Of a stretch of 64,000 bases of DNA, positions 20,695 through 31,943 are shown in pieces. Source of the DNA: Bacteroidales bacterium (GTDB lineage Bacteria > Bacteroidota > Bacteroidia > Bacteroidales > BM520); the NCBI GenBank assembly GCA_028707815.1, contig JAQWAE010000012.1, positions 2,047 through 66,046 on the forward strand, read 5' to 3'. The stretch's first letter is position 1; each line of letters starts with the position of its first letter. A program made the position numbers and the translations under genes. The notes under the pieces are model-generated. The model was given only the letters and a program-made list of their open reading frames with translations. It had not been told where the DNA came from and ran no database searches.

Positions 20695-20786
20695 CAAAGA
20701 TAAGCGAAAAAAGTTATAATTTTAAAATAGCTGTCTACCTATTTTTGGTGAGATGTCCAAAAATTGGCAAAATATCTTTATCTTTG
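20695..20786. promoter_or_regulatory. Divergent -7 promoter elements for cysS-ispG and ruvA-sprA
   Basis: TATCTTTG on minus at 20695-20702 and on plus at 20779-20786. Confidence 0.65.
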
Positions 20787-20809
20787 CACCCGATTTAAAA
20801 CCTTTTTTA

Positions 20810-21394
20810 ATGTACGAATATATCTCCGGAAAATTGGCTTATACTAATCCAAGTTGTGCAATTGTTGATTGTAATGGTTTTGGGTACAATATTCAAATAT
20901 CTGTCAATACTTATACGGCAATTAAAGATTTGAAAGAAGTCAAACTTTTTTTGCATCATATTGTAAGAGAAGATGCCGAGTTTCTATTCGGTTTTTTTGA
21001 CATTAAAGAGAGATTGCTGTTCAGATACCTGATTACCGTCTCCGGTGTTGGAGCCAATACTGCAAGAGTAATTCTTTCTTCACTGTCTCCGGATGATTTA
21101 TATTTAGCCATAGTTAATGGTAATAGTAAACGTCTTAAAGCTGTTAAAGGCATAGGAGAAAAAACGGCGCAACGTATTGTTGTTGACCTTGCAGACAAAT
21201 TGTTAAAAGAAGATTTTAACGCTGTGAATGTTGATAATGCACACAATAATTCCGTAAATGAAGCGTTATCTGCTTTAACGGTACTCGGTTTTCCTAAGGC
21301 TAATGTCGAGAAGGCTTTGAAAAAAGTTGTCGAAGCCAAAGGCAATGATTTGACAGTTGAGATGTTAGTGAAGGAGACTTTAAAAATTATGTGA
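20810..21394 (+). CDS. ruvA: Holliday junction branch migration protein
   Basis: MYEYISG start; VRED, VSGVGANTA, GIGEKTAQR, EALSALTVLGF. Confidence 0.95.
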   Translation: MYEYISGKLAYTNPSCAIVDCNGFGYNIQISVNTYTAIKDLKEVKLFLHHIVREDAEFLFGFFDIKERLLFRYLITVSGVGANTARVILSSLSPDDLYLAIVNGNSKRLKAVKGIGEKTAQRIVVDLADKLLKEDFNAVNVDNAHNNSVNEALSALTVLGFPKANVEKALKKVVEAKGNDLTVEMLVKETLKIM

Positions 21395-21415
21395 TGATTT
21401 TAAATACTGCTGATT

Positions 21416-24400
21416 TTGGAAAAATATTATAGATACTTCGTACATTTATCGATATTGCCGTTATTTTTAGGCATTATTATCTCTTTTATTTCAATTAATC
21501 TTGAAGCGTCTCCGATGCCTTCTCCGCAAGTTCCGGATACTACTCTTGTATTCCCTTTTAATGATGATGATGGTGTGACACCCTTGCGAAGAACTAATGA
21601 CATCTACCTTAAAGATCCTTCTAATATAACTTCAGGAATTGAATACGACTTGGAAACAAACAGCTATGTGCTGAAGAAAAAAATCGGAACTATTCAGTAT
21701 CGTAATCCTTATTATATTGGCTTTGACGATTATAGAAATCTGGATTTTGAAAAAAGTGTTGATGATTATTGGCGTGAACAATCTCAAATTACCGGTACTG
21801 ATGACAGAACAGGCTTGATACCGTCCATCAACATAAAAAGTGAAGCTTTTGACAGAATTTTTGGTTCTAATACAATAGACATCAGACCACAGGGTACTGC
21901 TGAAATTATCTTTGGCGTACTGCATAATTATAGAGCAGACCAAAATCTTGACATCCGACAACGCCGTAATACAAGTTTCGACTTCAAATTGAATTTTCAA
22001 TTGAACGTTATAGCAAACATAGGCGAAAAGATAAAATTCAATTTTAATTGGAATACTGAAGCTATAAATGTTGAACTTGACAATGATAAAAAACTTGCCT
22101 ACGAAGGCGATGAAGATGAAATTATTAAATTGATAGAAGCCGGTAATGTTACATTGCCGTTGAACAGTAAGCTTATAACCGGCAGCCAAACTTTGTTCGG
22201 TATAAAAACTAAGTTGCAATTTGGTAAAGTTATGCTTACTGCCATCATTGCCAAACAAAACTCTACTTCATCAACAGTTACTGTCTCCGGCGGTGTTCAA
22301 AACACCTCTTTTGAATTAAAAGCATCTGATTATGATGAGAATAGACACTTTTTTATAGGACAGTATTTTAGAGATAATTATGAGAGAGCGTTGTCTTCAT
22401 TGCCGATAGTTACTTCTAATGTTAATATTACTAAAATAGAAGTATGGATAACTAATATTGGTTCTGCTGTTAACAACAACAGAAACATAGTTGCTTTTTC
22501 AGACCTTGGTGAGCATACTCCGGCTAACACTCATATTTATCCGAAAGATAATTATGATTATCCTGATAATTCACGTAACACATTGATGGACAATATAGAT
22601 ACGACCCAAATACGTGATATTAATTCAGCATATAATTATCTTATCGGTTTGCCTATAGGACTTGAGCAAGGCACTGATTTTGAAAAAGTTGAGAGTGCAA
22701 GAAGGTTGTCGTCAACAGAATACAGCTATAACAGCGTACTTGGTTTTATTTCTCTTAATACTGCTCTCTCTGCCGGTCAGGTGCTTGCAGTAGCTTATCA
22801 ATATACAGTTAATGAGAGTATCTATCAGGTAGGAGAGTTCTCCGACCAAGGTATTACAACGCCGAATAGCTTGGTGGTGAAATTGTTAAGAAGTTCAAGT
22901 GTAGATACGCAACACCCTATGTGGAATTTGATGATGAAAAATGTGTATTCTCTTAATGCGTATCAGATTGAATCCGAGGGTTTTATATTGAACGTTTTGT
23001 ATTCAGGGAATGCAAATGGTGTAGCTTCAGGCTATTTTTCTGAAGGTCCGCAGGGTATCAAGGGTGTCGCACTTATCAAATTGCTAAATGTCGACAGCTT
23101 GGACTCACAATCTAATCCTATCGAAGGTGGTGACGGTATCTTTGACTTTCTTGACAATGCTGCAACCGGCGGTGGCACCATTAATTCAAGTAATGGCAGG
23201 GTGTTCTTTCCTGTCTTGGAACCTTTTGGCTCTCACTTGCATGACATATTGCCTGCGAGTATGGCTAATAAATATGCTTATGATTCTCTTTATTCGATGA
23301 CTAAGACTAATGCCAAACAGATAACGGAAAAGGATAAATATATTATCTCCGGTTATTATGCTTCTTCGGGCGGTGCGGAAATAGACTTAAATGCGTTTAA
23401 TGTTCCCGAAGGCTCCGTAGTTGTAACTGCCGGTGGAACTACGTTGACAGAAAATGTAGATTATACTGTCGATTATGTCTTTGGTCGTGTTACTATCTTG
23501 AACGAAGGAATTTTAAATTCGGGAACAACAATACAGGTGTCAACAGAAAACACAGCAACAACCGGTGTGCAACAACAACATCTTATGGGTGTTCATGCCG
23601 ATTATATGGTTAATGACAACTTGAACATAGGAGCCACTTTACTGCATCTTCGCGAAGTGCCGCTGTCAACAAAAATAAGTTATGGAGATGAACCTATTGC
23701 TAATACTATATGGGGAGTGGATGTACAATACCAAAAAGAAGCTCCTATTGTAACAAAAATAGTTGATGCGTTGCCATTGATAAGCACAAAGTCTCCTTCT
23801 ATTGTCAGCTTTGACGGTGAGTTTGCCCAGCTTATTCCGGGTCACCCCAATGTTATCAGTTCTTCCGGAAATTCTTATCTTGATGATTTTGAATCCAGTA
23901 AACAGACTATAGATTTGTCGGTGCCCGGCTATTGGTATCTTGCTTCAACGCCGGCTAATTTTCCTGAAACAAATTCCGGAAATCTTAGTTATGGTTTCCA
24001 ACGCGCAAAACTTGCATGGTACGTTATCGACCCGCTGTTCTATTCTTCGGGTTATTATATGCCGCCGAACATAACAAAAACAGAGTTGTCGAATCACTTG
24101 GTACGTATGGTGCGACAGACTGAGTTGTTTCCGAAAGCAGAAGCAGCAAATAATATAGTCGTAAACCTGTCGGTGTTTAATCTTGCTTATTATCCTTCAG
24201 AAAGAGGTCCGTATAATTATAATGTAAATGAACTTAAAGCAGATGGCACTTTAGAAAATCCTGAAGATAAATGGGGCGGCGTTATGAGACGTCTTGAAAC
24301 TACCGATTTCGAGGCTAATAATATAGAATATATAGAATTTTGGCTCATGGACCCATTCCTCGACCCTGATGATGACGGTCCATTGGAACCTATTAATAAA

Positions 24401-27400
24401 ACAGGTGGTCGTTTAGTGTTTAACCTCGGCGACATTTCCGAAGATATTTTGAAAGATGGACGTAAAAGCTATGAACAAGGACTTCCGGTCTCTGATAATA
24501 TTACCAAAGTTGATACTACTATCTGGGGTAGAGTACCAAGCCTTCAAGCTCTTGTGTCTTCTTTTGATAGCGACCCCGCTTCAAGACCATATCAGGATGT
24601 TGGATATGATGGTCTTAATAGTACGCGGGAAGGAAATAATGATGAGTATACCTTTTTCAAAGAATCTTATATAGATAAAATTGTCGAAAAATTCGGGTCT
24701 TCTGTCAGCAACGCTGCTTATGCAAATGCCATATCAGACCCGTCAGCCGATGATTTTCATTATTTCAGAGGTACGGACTTTGATGGAGATGCCACATATT
24801 CAAGCATATTAATGAGGTATAAAAATTTTAATGGACCTGAAGGCAACTCCTGCGCACAAGAGCTGTCGCCGGAGTCTTATGATATTTCTGCAACGAGTGT
24901 ACCTAATATGGAGGATATAAATAACGATAATACTCTTAGTGAAAGCGAAAAATTTTATGAGTATATAGTGAACCTTACTCCTAATGGAATGGTGGAAGGC
25001 GAAAATTATATCACTGAAATATATACAGCTACAAACATATCTCTCGAAAATGGAACTCGCAGCTCAGTAAAATGGTATCAATTTAAAATTCCTATCAACC
25101 AGCCGGATAGAGTGCAGGGCAATATCAGTGACTATACTTCTATTCGTTTTATGCGTACTTATCTGACAGCTTTCGAAGAGCCGATAGTGCTTCGTTTTGG
25201 AACTTTTGAACTTGTAAAAGGAGATTGGAGACGTTATGAGTCCGATTTACTTGCTCCGGGCGAGTATATTCCTACCAACTCTGCTAACAGAACAGCTTTT
25301 GATATATCAACAGTGAGCGTAGAAGAAAACAGCAGCTCAACCGCAAGAGTGCCGTATACAACACCGCCTGATGTTATAAGAGAACGTGATTATACTACAA
25401 CTAATCAAGCTCAACAAGATGAGCAGTCCTTATGCCTTAAAGTTTCTGATTTATATGATGGTGATGCACGCGGTGCCTATAAAACATGCAGCTTCGACTT
25501 CAGAAACTACAATAACCTCGAAATGTATGTTCATGCTCATGCCAACACTGAAGATGCCAATGCACGCTATGCCAATGTTGCCGGTGCTGTTACTGTGTTC
25601 ATAAGATTTGGCTCCGATTTTACAAATAATTATTACGAGTACGAAGTGCCGGTAATTATGACACCGTGGGGCGTAACTACTGCTTCAGACAATCTCATCT
25701 GGATGGATGATAATAAGATAAATATAGAGTTCGATAAATTAATACAAGTTAAAAATAATCGTAAACTCGCAATGGATGAAGAAAATTCTACTGTCTCCAT
25801 AACACTGCCTTATACCGAGTATGACGGGAAAAATAAAATATCTATTGTCGGTACTCCCAGCACCAGCACCGTAGAAGCTATTATGATAGGCGTTAGAAAT
25901 CCTAAAAAAACATCTTCTTCGATTAATGATGACGGCTTGCCTATGTCTGTTACCGTATGGCTCGATGAACTTCGACTTACCAACTTCAACGAAAATTCGG
26001 GCTGGGCAGCAACCGCAAGTTTGTCGGGTAATCTTGCTGATTTTGGAAATTATTCCGTGTCGGGAACTTATTCAACGCCCGGATTCGGCAGCATCGAAAC
26101 CAATGTCAATGAAAGATCGCAAGAAACAGTGTCTAATATTTATACTTCATTAAATCTTGAACTCGGCAAATTTTTACCTAATACCGGCATTAAAGTTCCT
26201 ATGCACTTCGACTATTCTACCGAAGTGGCAACTCCTGAATATGACCCTCTTGACCCTGATGTGTATCTTAAAGACCAATTCACTTTGATGAGCGGTGAAG
26301 AAAAAAAAGAATATAAAAAGAAAACTCAGGACATCACACAGAAAACAAATGTTAATTTCGTTAATGTCAGAAAAGAGCGTACAGGAAATAATACCAATAA
26401 ACCTCATTTTTGGGATATAGAAAATTTTGATGTGTCTTATTCTTATTCAAAAACTCATGAAAGTGATATCGATATAGAGTATTATGACAAAATTATTCAT
26501 ACCGCAGGTTTGGGCTACACTTATGCGATGAATCCTAAGAATGTTAAGCCTTTTGCTAAAATTAAGTTTTTGAAATACAAGCCGCTGGCTCTGATTAGAG
26601 ATTTTAACTTCTATTATCTGCCTAAAACTTTGACTTTCAGAACTACAACAGATAAAAATTATCTTGAAAGACTTATCAGAAATAAAACCGGTGACGACAT
26701 AATTATAAATCCGACAGTTTCTAAACAATGGAATTGGAATAGAAATTATGTATTCAAGTACGACTTGGCATCATCTTTAAAGTTTGATTATGCTGCCAAT
26801 GCTTCTTCTTATATTGATGAACCTGCAGGCTTGATAACGGATAAAGCTGCCTATAAGCAATACGTGTGGAACTCCGTAAAAGATTTTGGCAGAATGAATA
26901 CTTTTAACCAAACGGCGGGTATTAATTGGACTGTACCTATTAATAAAATACCTTTGTTGGGATGGATAAATATGACGGCAAAATATGACGCTTCCCTCTA
27001 TTGGAGAGCTTCAGCTTCATCTATACAGGAACAAATGGGTAATACTATCGAAAATTCAGGACATATTACACTGAATACTTCTTTTAAATTATCCTCTATC
27101 TACAGTAAGATACCTTATGTGAAAGATTTAGCCAAATCATCTAAGTCTAAGCCCAAAAAACCTGTGGTAACAAAAGGAGAACAGTCTGCCAATGATTCTA
27201 CCATGAAAAAGAAATCTGATGTTAATATTCCAAAGTTATTAGTTGATGGTGCATTGAAAATTATTTTTGGTCTTAAAGATGTCAGTATATCGTATCAAAA
27301 TACAGGAGGTACAATTTTACCGGGATTTTATCCTGAGCCGAATAACTTTGGATATAATTGGGGCGAAAAAGCTCCAACATGGGGATTTATCCTTGGCAGT

Positions 27401-28648
27401 CAAAAAGATATACGCCCAACGGCAGTCAGTAACGGCTGGCTTACAACCGATACTCTTAATAATAATCTGTTTAGCCAAACAAGTAATACAAATATCAATT
27501 ATCGGGGTAATTATGAGCCGTTTAACGGTTTTAGAATAGAGATAACCGGTTCTTATCGTGAGTCTTCTACTAACTCGGAAATATTTAAAGCCGATGGAGA
27601 AGGAAACTTTAATTCATATTCTCCTATTAATAGCGGCAGCTATCAAATTTCATATCTGTTGATACGGTCTGCGTTTGGTAATAAAGCTAAAGGAACAGGA
27701 GATGATGATGGAGCCGAGTCATCCGTCTTTTTTGAGACATTGAAAAATTACAGAACGACTACTGCTACTCGACTTGCTAATCAAAATCCGAACTGGAATG
27801 GAGAAATGTATAAAGATACCACTTCGGGACAAATGTATCCGGTCGGCTATGGACCTTCTCAACAAGAAGTCGTAATGTCTGCATTTTTAGCGGCTTATTC
27901 AGGAATAGACCCTGCTAAAATATCTTTAACAGCATTTCCCCAAATACCGCTTCCAAACTGGAATATTCAATATAGCGGCTTGTCTAAAATAGGTTTCCTT
28001 AAAGACGTTTTCAGAAGTATCACCTTACGTCATAAATATTCTTGTACATATAATGTTGGCAGTTATACAACTAACCTGTATTATGAATCCCTTGACGGCT
28101 ACCCGTCTGCTTATGACTATGCCAATAATTTTATCTCTGATAGAGAAGTTTCTACAGTTCAAATTAGTGAACAATTCTCTCCTCTTATCGGATTAGATGT
28201 TATCATGCAAAATAGTTTTACGGCAAATGTACAAATTCGTAAGACCAGAACCATGACAATGAGCTTTACTAATAATCAGTTGACAGATAATTCTTCCGAT
28301 GAATATGTTTTTGGAGTAGGCTACCGTTTTAAAGATGTGAAATTTACGGTGCGTTCTGTCGGCGGCAGAGGAAAAAAGACAGATTTGAAGAGCGATATAA
28401 ATTTGAAATTGGACTTTTCGATACGTAACAGCTTAACCGTTTTAAGAAGACTTGATGAAGATATTAATCAAATTTCGGCAGGGCAGGATATTTATTCGAT
28501 AAATGTATCAGCAGACTATATGGTCAGCAGAAATTTGACAATAGCTTTCTATTATGACCAGACAATCAACGATCCTAAATTAAGTACATCTGTCTATAAT
28601 TCAACACTTAGTGCGGGAATTAGCTTGCGTATGACCTTGTCGGAATAA
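21416..28648 (+). CDS. sprA: Type IX secretion system outer-membrane translocon SprA/Sov
   Basis: 2410 aa; IDIRPQG, YDENRHFF, NIEYIEFWLMDPF, KWYQFKIP, SIRFMR, SEQFSPLIG; ruvA-sprA-gcvH synteny. Confidence 0.95.
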   Translation: MEKYYRYFVHLSILPLFLGIIISFISINLEASPMPSPQVPDTTLVFPFNDDDGVTPLRRTNDIYLKDPSNITSGIEYDLETNSYVLKKKIGTIQYRNPYYIGFDDYRNLDFEKSVDDYWREQSQITGTDDRTGLIPSINIKSEAFDRIFGSNTIDIRPQGTAEIIFGVLHNYRADQNLDIRQRRNTSFDFKLNFQLNVIANIGEKIKFNFNWNTEAINVELDNDKKLAYEGDEDEIIKLIEAGNVTLPLNSKLITGSQTLFGIKTKLQFGKVMLTAIIAKQNSTSSTVTVSGGVQNTSFELKASDYDENRHFFIGQYFRDNYERALSSLPIVTSNVNITKIEVWITNIGSAVNNNRNIVAFSDLGEHTPANTHIYPKDNYDYPDNSRNTLMDNIDTTQIRDINSAYNYLIGLPIGLEQGTDFEKVESARRLSSTEYSYNSVLGFISLNTALSAGQVLAVAYQYTVNESIYQVGEFSDQGITTPNSLVVKLLRSSSVDTQHPMWNLMMKNVYSLNAYQIESEGFILNVLYSGNANGVASGYFSEGPQGIKGVALIKLLNVDSLDSQSNPIEGGDGIFDFLDNAATGGGTINSSNGRVFFPVLEPFGSHLHDILPASMANKYAYDSLYSMTKTNAKQITEKDKYIISGYYASSGGAEIDLNAFNVPEGSVVVTAGGTTLTENVDYTVDYVFGRVTILNEGILNSGTTIQVSTENTATTGVQQQHLMGVHADYMVNDNLNIGATLLHLREVPLSTKISYGDEPIANTIWGVDVQYQKEAPIVTKIVDALPLISTKSPSIVSFDGEFAQLIPGHPNVISSSGNSYLDDFESSKQTIDLSVPGYWYLASTPANFPETNSGNLSYGFQRAKLAWYVIDPLFYSSGYYMPPNITKTELSNHLVRMVRQTELFPKAEAANNIVVNLSVFNLAYYPSERGPYNYNVNELKADGTLENPEDKWGGVMRRLETTDFEANNIEYIEFWLMDPFLDPDDDGPLEPINKTGGRLVFNLGDISEDILKDGRKSYEQGLPVSDNITKVDTTIWGRVPSLQALVSSFDSDPASRPYQDVGYDGLNSTREGNNDEYTFFKESYIDKIVEKFGSSVSNAAYANAISDPSADDFHYFRGTDFDGDATYSSILMRYKNFNGPEGNSCAQELSPESYDISATSVPNMEDINNDNTLSESEKFYEYIVNLTPNGMVEGENYITEIYTATNISLENGTRSSVKWYQFKIPINQPDRVQGNISDYTSIRFMRTYLTAFEEPIVLRFGTFELVKGDWRRYESDLLAPGEYIPTNSANRTAFDISTVSVEENSSSTARVPYTTPPDVIRERDYTTTNQAQQDEQSLCLKVSDLYDGDARGAYKTCSFDFRNYNNLEMYVHAHANTEDANARYANVAGAVTVFIRFGSDFTNNYYEYEVPVIMTPWGVTTASDNLIWMDDNKINIEFDKLIQVKNNRKLAMDEENSTVSITLPYTEYDGKNKISIVGTPSTSTVEAIMIGVRNPKKTSSSINDDGLPMSVTVWLDELRLTNFNENSGWAATASLSGNLADFGNYSVSGTYSTPGFGSIETNVNERSQETVSNIYTSLNLELGKFLPNTGIKVPMHFDYSTEVATPEYDPLDPDVYLKDQFTLMSGEEKKEYKKKTQDITQKTNVNFVNVRKERTGNNTNKPHFWDIENFDVSYSYSKTHESDIDIEYYDKIIHTAGLGYTYAMNPKNVKPFAKIKFLKYKPLALIRDFNFYYLPKTLTFRTTTDKNYLERLIRNKTGDDIIINPTVSKQWNWNRNYVFKYDLASSLKFDYAANASSYIDEPAGLITDKAAYKQYVWNSVKDFGRMNTFNQTAGINWTVPINKIPLLGWINMTAKYDASLYWRASASSIQEQMGNTIENSGHITLNTSFKLSSIYSKIPYVKDLAKSSKSKPKKPVVTKGEQSANDSTMKKKSDVNIPKLLVDGALKIIFGLKDVSISYQNTGGTILPGFYPEPNNFGYNWGEKAPTWGFILGSQKDIRPTAVSNGWLTTDTLNNNLFSQTSNTNINYRGNYEPFNGFRIEITGSYRESSTNSEIFKADGEGNFNSYSPINSGSYQISYLLIRSAFGNKAKGTGDDDGAESSVFFETLKNYRTTTATRLANQNPNWNGEMYKDTTSGQMYPVGYGPSQQEVVMSAFLAAYSGIDPAKISLTAFPQIPLPNWNIQYSGLSKIGFLKDVFRSITLRHKYSCTYNVGSYTTNLYYESLDGYPSAYDYANNFISDREVSTVQISEQFSPLIGLDVIMQNSFTANVQIRKTRTMTMSFTNNQLTDNSSDEYVFGVGYRFKDVKFTVRSVGGRGKKTDLKSDINLKLDFSIRNSLTVLRRLDEDINQISAGQDIYSINVSADYMVSRNLTIAFYYDQTINDPKLSTSVYNSTLSAGISLRMTLSE

Positions 28649-28686
28649 TTTTTTATAAAAAACAGTCGTAAACGAAAATTTAATGC

Positions 28687-28694
28687 TACTTTTG
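28687..28694 (+). promoter_or_regulatory. -7 promoter element for gcvH
   Basis: TACTTTTG(CA). Confidence 0.55.
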
Positions 28695-28717
28695 CAAAAA
28701 TTAATTTTAACTTAATT

Positions 28718-29098
28718 ATGAATATACCTGAAGATTTAAAATTCACAAAAGACCATGAGTGGTTAAAAATCGATGGCGATTTAGCTGTCGTAGGAATTAC
28801 CGATTATGCGCAAAGTCAACTCGGTGATATCGCATTTGTTGAAGTCGAAACTGTAGGCGAAATCTTGGAAAAAGAAGAATCGCTTGGAACAATAGAAGCC
28901 GTTAAAACAGTTTCAGAAGTATTTATGCCGGTAGGTGGTGAAATATTGGAATTTAATGAACTTCTCCAAGATGACCCTGCACTTATTAATACCGATCCTT
29001 ACGGAGAAGGCTGGATTGTTAAAGTGAAAATTACTGATATTGAGGAAGTTGACGAGCTGCTGTCAGCTGAAGATTATGAAAACTTATTAGATGAATAA
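28718..29098 (+). CDS. gcvH: Glycine cleavage system H protein
   Basis: KDHEW, GITDYAQSQLGD, EAVKTVS lipoyl-Lys, DPYGEGW. Confidence 0.96.
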   Translation: MNIPEDLKFTKDHEWLKIDGDLAVVGITDYAQSQLGDIAFVEVETVGEILEKEESLGTIEAVKTVSEVFMPVGGEILEFNELLQDDPALINTDPYGEGWIVKVKITDIEEVDELLSAEDYENLLDE

Positions 29099-29202
29099 AA
29101 AAAATTAAAAATATTCTTTTAAACCTTTTTATATAACGATTTTTTTTGTACCTTAGCAAACCCAATTTTTTCGTTGTACTATTAATGTAAATATTTGATA
29201 AT

Positions 29203-29889
29203 ATGGATAAAAGAAAAACAAAAAAATCAGACCTTGAGGGCAAATCACTGATATTTGTCGAAATTGGTTTGGTTGTGACACTTGCAGTTATACTGCTTGC
29301 TTTTGAATGGAAAAAATATGATATTCAAAAGGTTGACATCACAACTCGTGATGCAGTTGAGGTAATGGAAGAAGTTGTTATCCAAACAAAACAAGACCAG
29401 AAAGCACCACCACCTAAACCTGTTGCCCCTTCAACAACATTACTTAATATAGTCGAAAATGATATCGAAATCGAAACGGAAATAGTTATTGATGTCGAAT
29501 CTGACGAAAATCTCGAATTGGACGATTATGTTCCACCAGAGATTGAAGAAGAAGAAGTAGTGGAAGAGGAAATATTCCTCATAGTTGAAAATCAACCTGA
29601 ATTTCCCGGCGGTGACGTTGGCAGATTGAAATATTTAAGAGACAATATTAAATATCCTCAATTAGCAAAAGAAACAGGTATCCAAGGTTCCGTTTATATC
29701 ACTTTCGTGGTAGAACCTGATGGAAGAGTTTCAAACGTTCAAGTTGTCCGTGGTATCGGCGGCGGCTGTGACGAAGAAGCTATTCGCGTGGTGAAAAACA
29801 TGCCGAAATGGAAACCCGGCTCGCAAAGAGGACGTAACGTCAGGGTGCGTTTTAGTATGCCTATTAAGTTTACTCTACAAGGAGCATAA
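29203..29889 (+). CDS. tonB: Energy transducer TonB
   Basis: N-terminal TM, Pro/acidic linker, PEFPGG, IKYP..A...GIQG.V, DEEAIRVV, PKWKPG. Confidence 0.9.
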   Translation: MDKRKTKKSDLEGKSLIFVEIGLVVTLAVILLAFEWKKYDIQKVDITTRDAVEVMEEVVIQTKQDQKAPPPKPVAPSTTLLNIVENDIEIETEIVIDVESDENLELDDYVPPEIEEEEVVEEEIFLIVENQPEFPGGDVGRLKYLRDNIKYPQLAKETGIQGSVYITFVVEPDGRVSNVQVVRGIGGGCDEEAIRVVKNMPKWKPGSQRGRNVRVRFSMPIKFTLQGA

Positions 29890-29921
29890 AAAAAAAGCCT
29901 GCATTTGCAGGCTTTTTTTTT
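29888..29921. terminator. Bidirectional intrinsic terminator
   Basis: A9-gcctgca tt tgcaggc-T9 between convergent genes. Confidence 0.85.
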
Positions 29922-29980
29922 GCTTACCGTTTAACGTTTAGAGTGATAAACATAAATTCTTCCGAACTCTGAACTCTGAA

Positions 29981-31747
29981 TTAAGTAAACAGCTTGTCAA
30001 TATCGCTTTTATACCGTTCTTGTACTACGTTGCGCTTAACTTTCAGTGTTGGTGTGAGGATGCCGTTTTGTATCGTCCATTCATCAGCGATAAGTGCGAA
30101 CTTTTTAATTTTCTCGGTATCGCTGAATAATGTGTTATATTTCTCTATCTCTTTAGCATAACGCCGTATTATGTATTTATTTTTTATCATCTCTGCCGGC
30201 GTTGTGTATTCGACATCATGCAGTGTACACCAGTTTTTGATGAAAGCAAAGTCGGGAACTATTAAAGCACCGACAAACTTTTGATTTTCACCTACGACTA
30301 TAATGCTGTCAATAAATCTCGACTCGCTGAATTTGGTTTCAATAAGTTCAGGGTTGACATATTTTCCTAATGATGTTTTGAAGATATTTTTGATTCTGCC
30401 TGTCAGCATCAACTGACCTCTGTCGGTAAATTTCCCCATGTCGCCGGTATGGAACCAGCCATCTTTGTCGATAACCTGCTGTGTCATGGCTTCATCTTTG
30501 TAATAGCCCAACATCACATTGTGTCCGCGACAAACCACTTCGCCTGCATCAGTAATTTTGACCTCTACACCCGGGAGCGGGAAGCCTACGGTACCGACTT
30601 CTCTGCCGTATTTTTCTCTACTGCTGACTGCAATTACAGGCGATGTTTCTGTAAGTCCGTAGCCCTCAAAAACCGGCATGCCTATAGCAGAGAAAAACGA
30701 TGCCAAATGAGCTTGTATACTCGCTGCTCCGGAAACCACTATATCGAAATTGCCGCCAATGTTTTTACGTAATGTGCTGTAAACTAACTTATCTGCTATG
30801 TTGTGCTTAATAGAGTAGCACCATGAGCGATCTTCCTCCTCTATCTTGTATTTCTTAGCAACATTTACCGCCCAGAAAAATATCCAGCGATTTGCGCCCT
30901 TCAGCTTCTTGCCGGAATTTAAAATCTTGTCATAAATCTTCTCTAACATCCTTGGCACTGTAGACATCATAGTCGGATTTATCTCCTTCAAATTATCGGC
31001 AATAGTTCCCAAATTCTTAGCATAATATACCGACATTCCTAAATATTGATATAAAAATACCAACATTCTTTCATAAGCATGACTTAACGGCAGAAAGCTG
31101 AATGCAATGTTGGATTTAGGATCCGGTGTCTGTTTTAAGTTGTCAATTTGATTTAAAATGTTGCTGTGAGACAGCATCACGCCTTTTGGCTGTCCTGTTG
31201 TTCCTGATGTATAAATTATGGTTGCACAGTCTGTTGTCTTGACAACTGCCTTGCACTTTTCTAAAATTTCAGGTACTCTGTTTTCTTTTCCTAAATCAAA
31301 AAGTTGTTCAAGATAAGGAAATTTATCTCTGTTGATAAAAGTATAAACATATTGCAGATTCGGAGTGTCCGGCATTATGTTTATAATTTTATTCATAACT
31401 TCGGTGCCTTCAATTACTGCTAACTTGGCTTCGCAGTGATTTAATATATAAAGATAATCTTTTTCGGTGATGGTAGGATAGATAGGAACTGTGATTGCGC
31501 CTATTTGCATAATACCCATGTCGAGCATGTTCCATTCAGGTTTGTTAGAGCCGATTATCGCAACTTTGTCGCCCGCCTTGATTCCTAATTTTATCAAAGC
31601 GTAACTTACATCATTTGTTTTTTCTATATATTCTTGAATACTATATTTTACCCATACGTCATTTGGCTTTCCTGCCAAAGCTACTTTCTGATTCGGAAAT
31701 TTTTCTAAATAACGACTGAGAATGTCGAACAACCTTGTCTCTTTCAT
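29981..31747 (-). CDS. Long-chain fatty-acid--CoA ligase (AMP-dependent synthetase)
   Basis: IYTSGTTGQPKGVML, FLPLSHAYER, EGYGLTETSP, GWFHTGD, LTPTLKVKR. Confidence 0.92.
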   Translation of the reverse strand: MKETRLFDILSRYLEKFPNQKVALAGKPNDVWVKYSIQEYIEKTNDVSYALIKLGIKAGDKVAIIGSNKPEWNMLDMGIMQIGAITVPIYPTITEKDYLYILNHCEAKLAVIEGTEVMNKIINIMPDTPNLQYVYTFINRDKFPYLEQLFDLGKENRVPEILEKCKAVVKTTDCATIIYTSGTTGQPKGVMLSHSNILNQIDNLKQTPDPKSNIAFSFLPLSHAYERMLVFLYQYLGMSVYYAKNLGTIADNLKEINPTMMSTVPRMLEKIYDKILNSGKKLKGANRWIFFWAVNVAKKYKIEEEDRSWCYSIKHNIADKLVYSTLRKNIGGNFDIVVSGAASIQAHLASFFSAIGMPVFEGYGLTETSPVIAVSSREKYGREVGTVGFPLPGVEVKITDAGEVVCRGHNVMLGYYKDEAMTQQVIDKDGWFHTGDMGKFTDRGQLMLTGRIKNIFKTSLGKYVNPELIETKFSESRFIDSIIVVGENQKFVGALIVPDFAFIKNWCTLHDVEYTTPAEMIKNKYIIRRYAKEIEKYNTLFSDTEKIKKFALIADEWTIQNGILTPTLKVKRNVVQERYKSDIDKLFT

Positions 31748-31915
31748 GAAATGTTATTTTTTTATTTAAATAAACTAATTGATATAATTCTGCAAAGGAA
31801 AAGAATTTATTTAATACAAAAAAATTAAAGGTAAAGTTTTTTTTAACAAGGTATAATCTTAAAAAATGGGGGACGAAATATCATATTCAGGGGTGAATTA
31901 TTATCGAGTTTTTAT

Positions 31916-31923
31916 TAACTTTG
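31916..31923 (+). promoter_or_regulatory. -7 promoter element for GH3-recF-DUF721
   Basis: TAACTTTG(CA), 20 bp before ATG 31944. Confidence 0.55.
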
Positions 31924-31943
31924 CAAAAAAAATAATAGTCGCC

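Noticed and set aside
21632-22258. 208-aa minus-strand ORF
   Set aside because: Antisense to sprA; shadow ORF
20810-29098. ruvA-sprA-gcvH adjacency as a novel functional link
   Set aside because: Known conserved gene order in T9SS-bearing Bacteroidota
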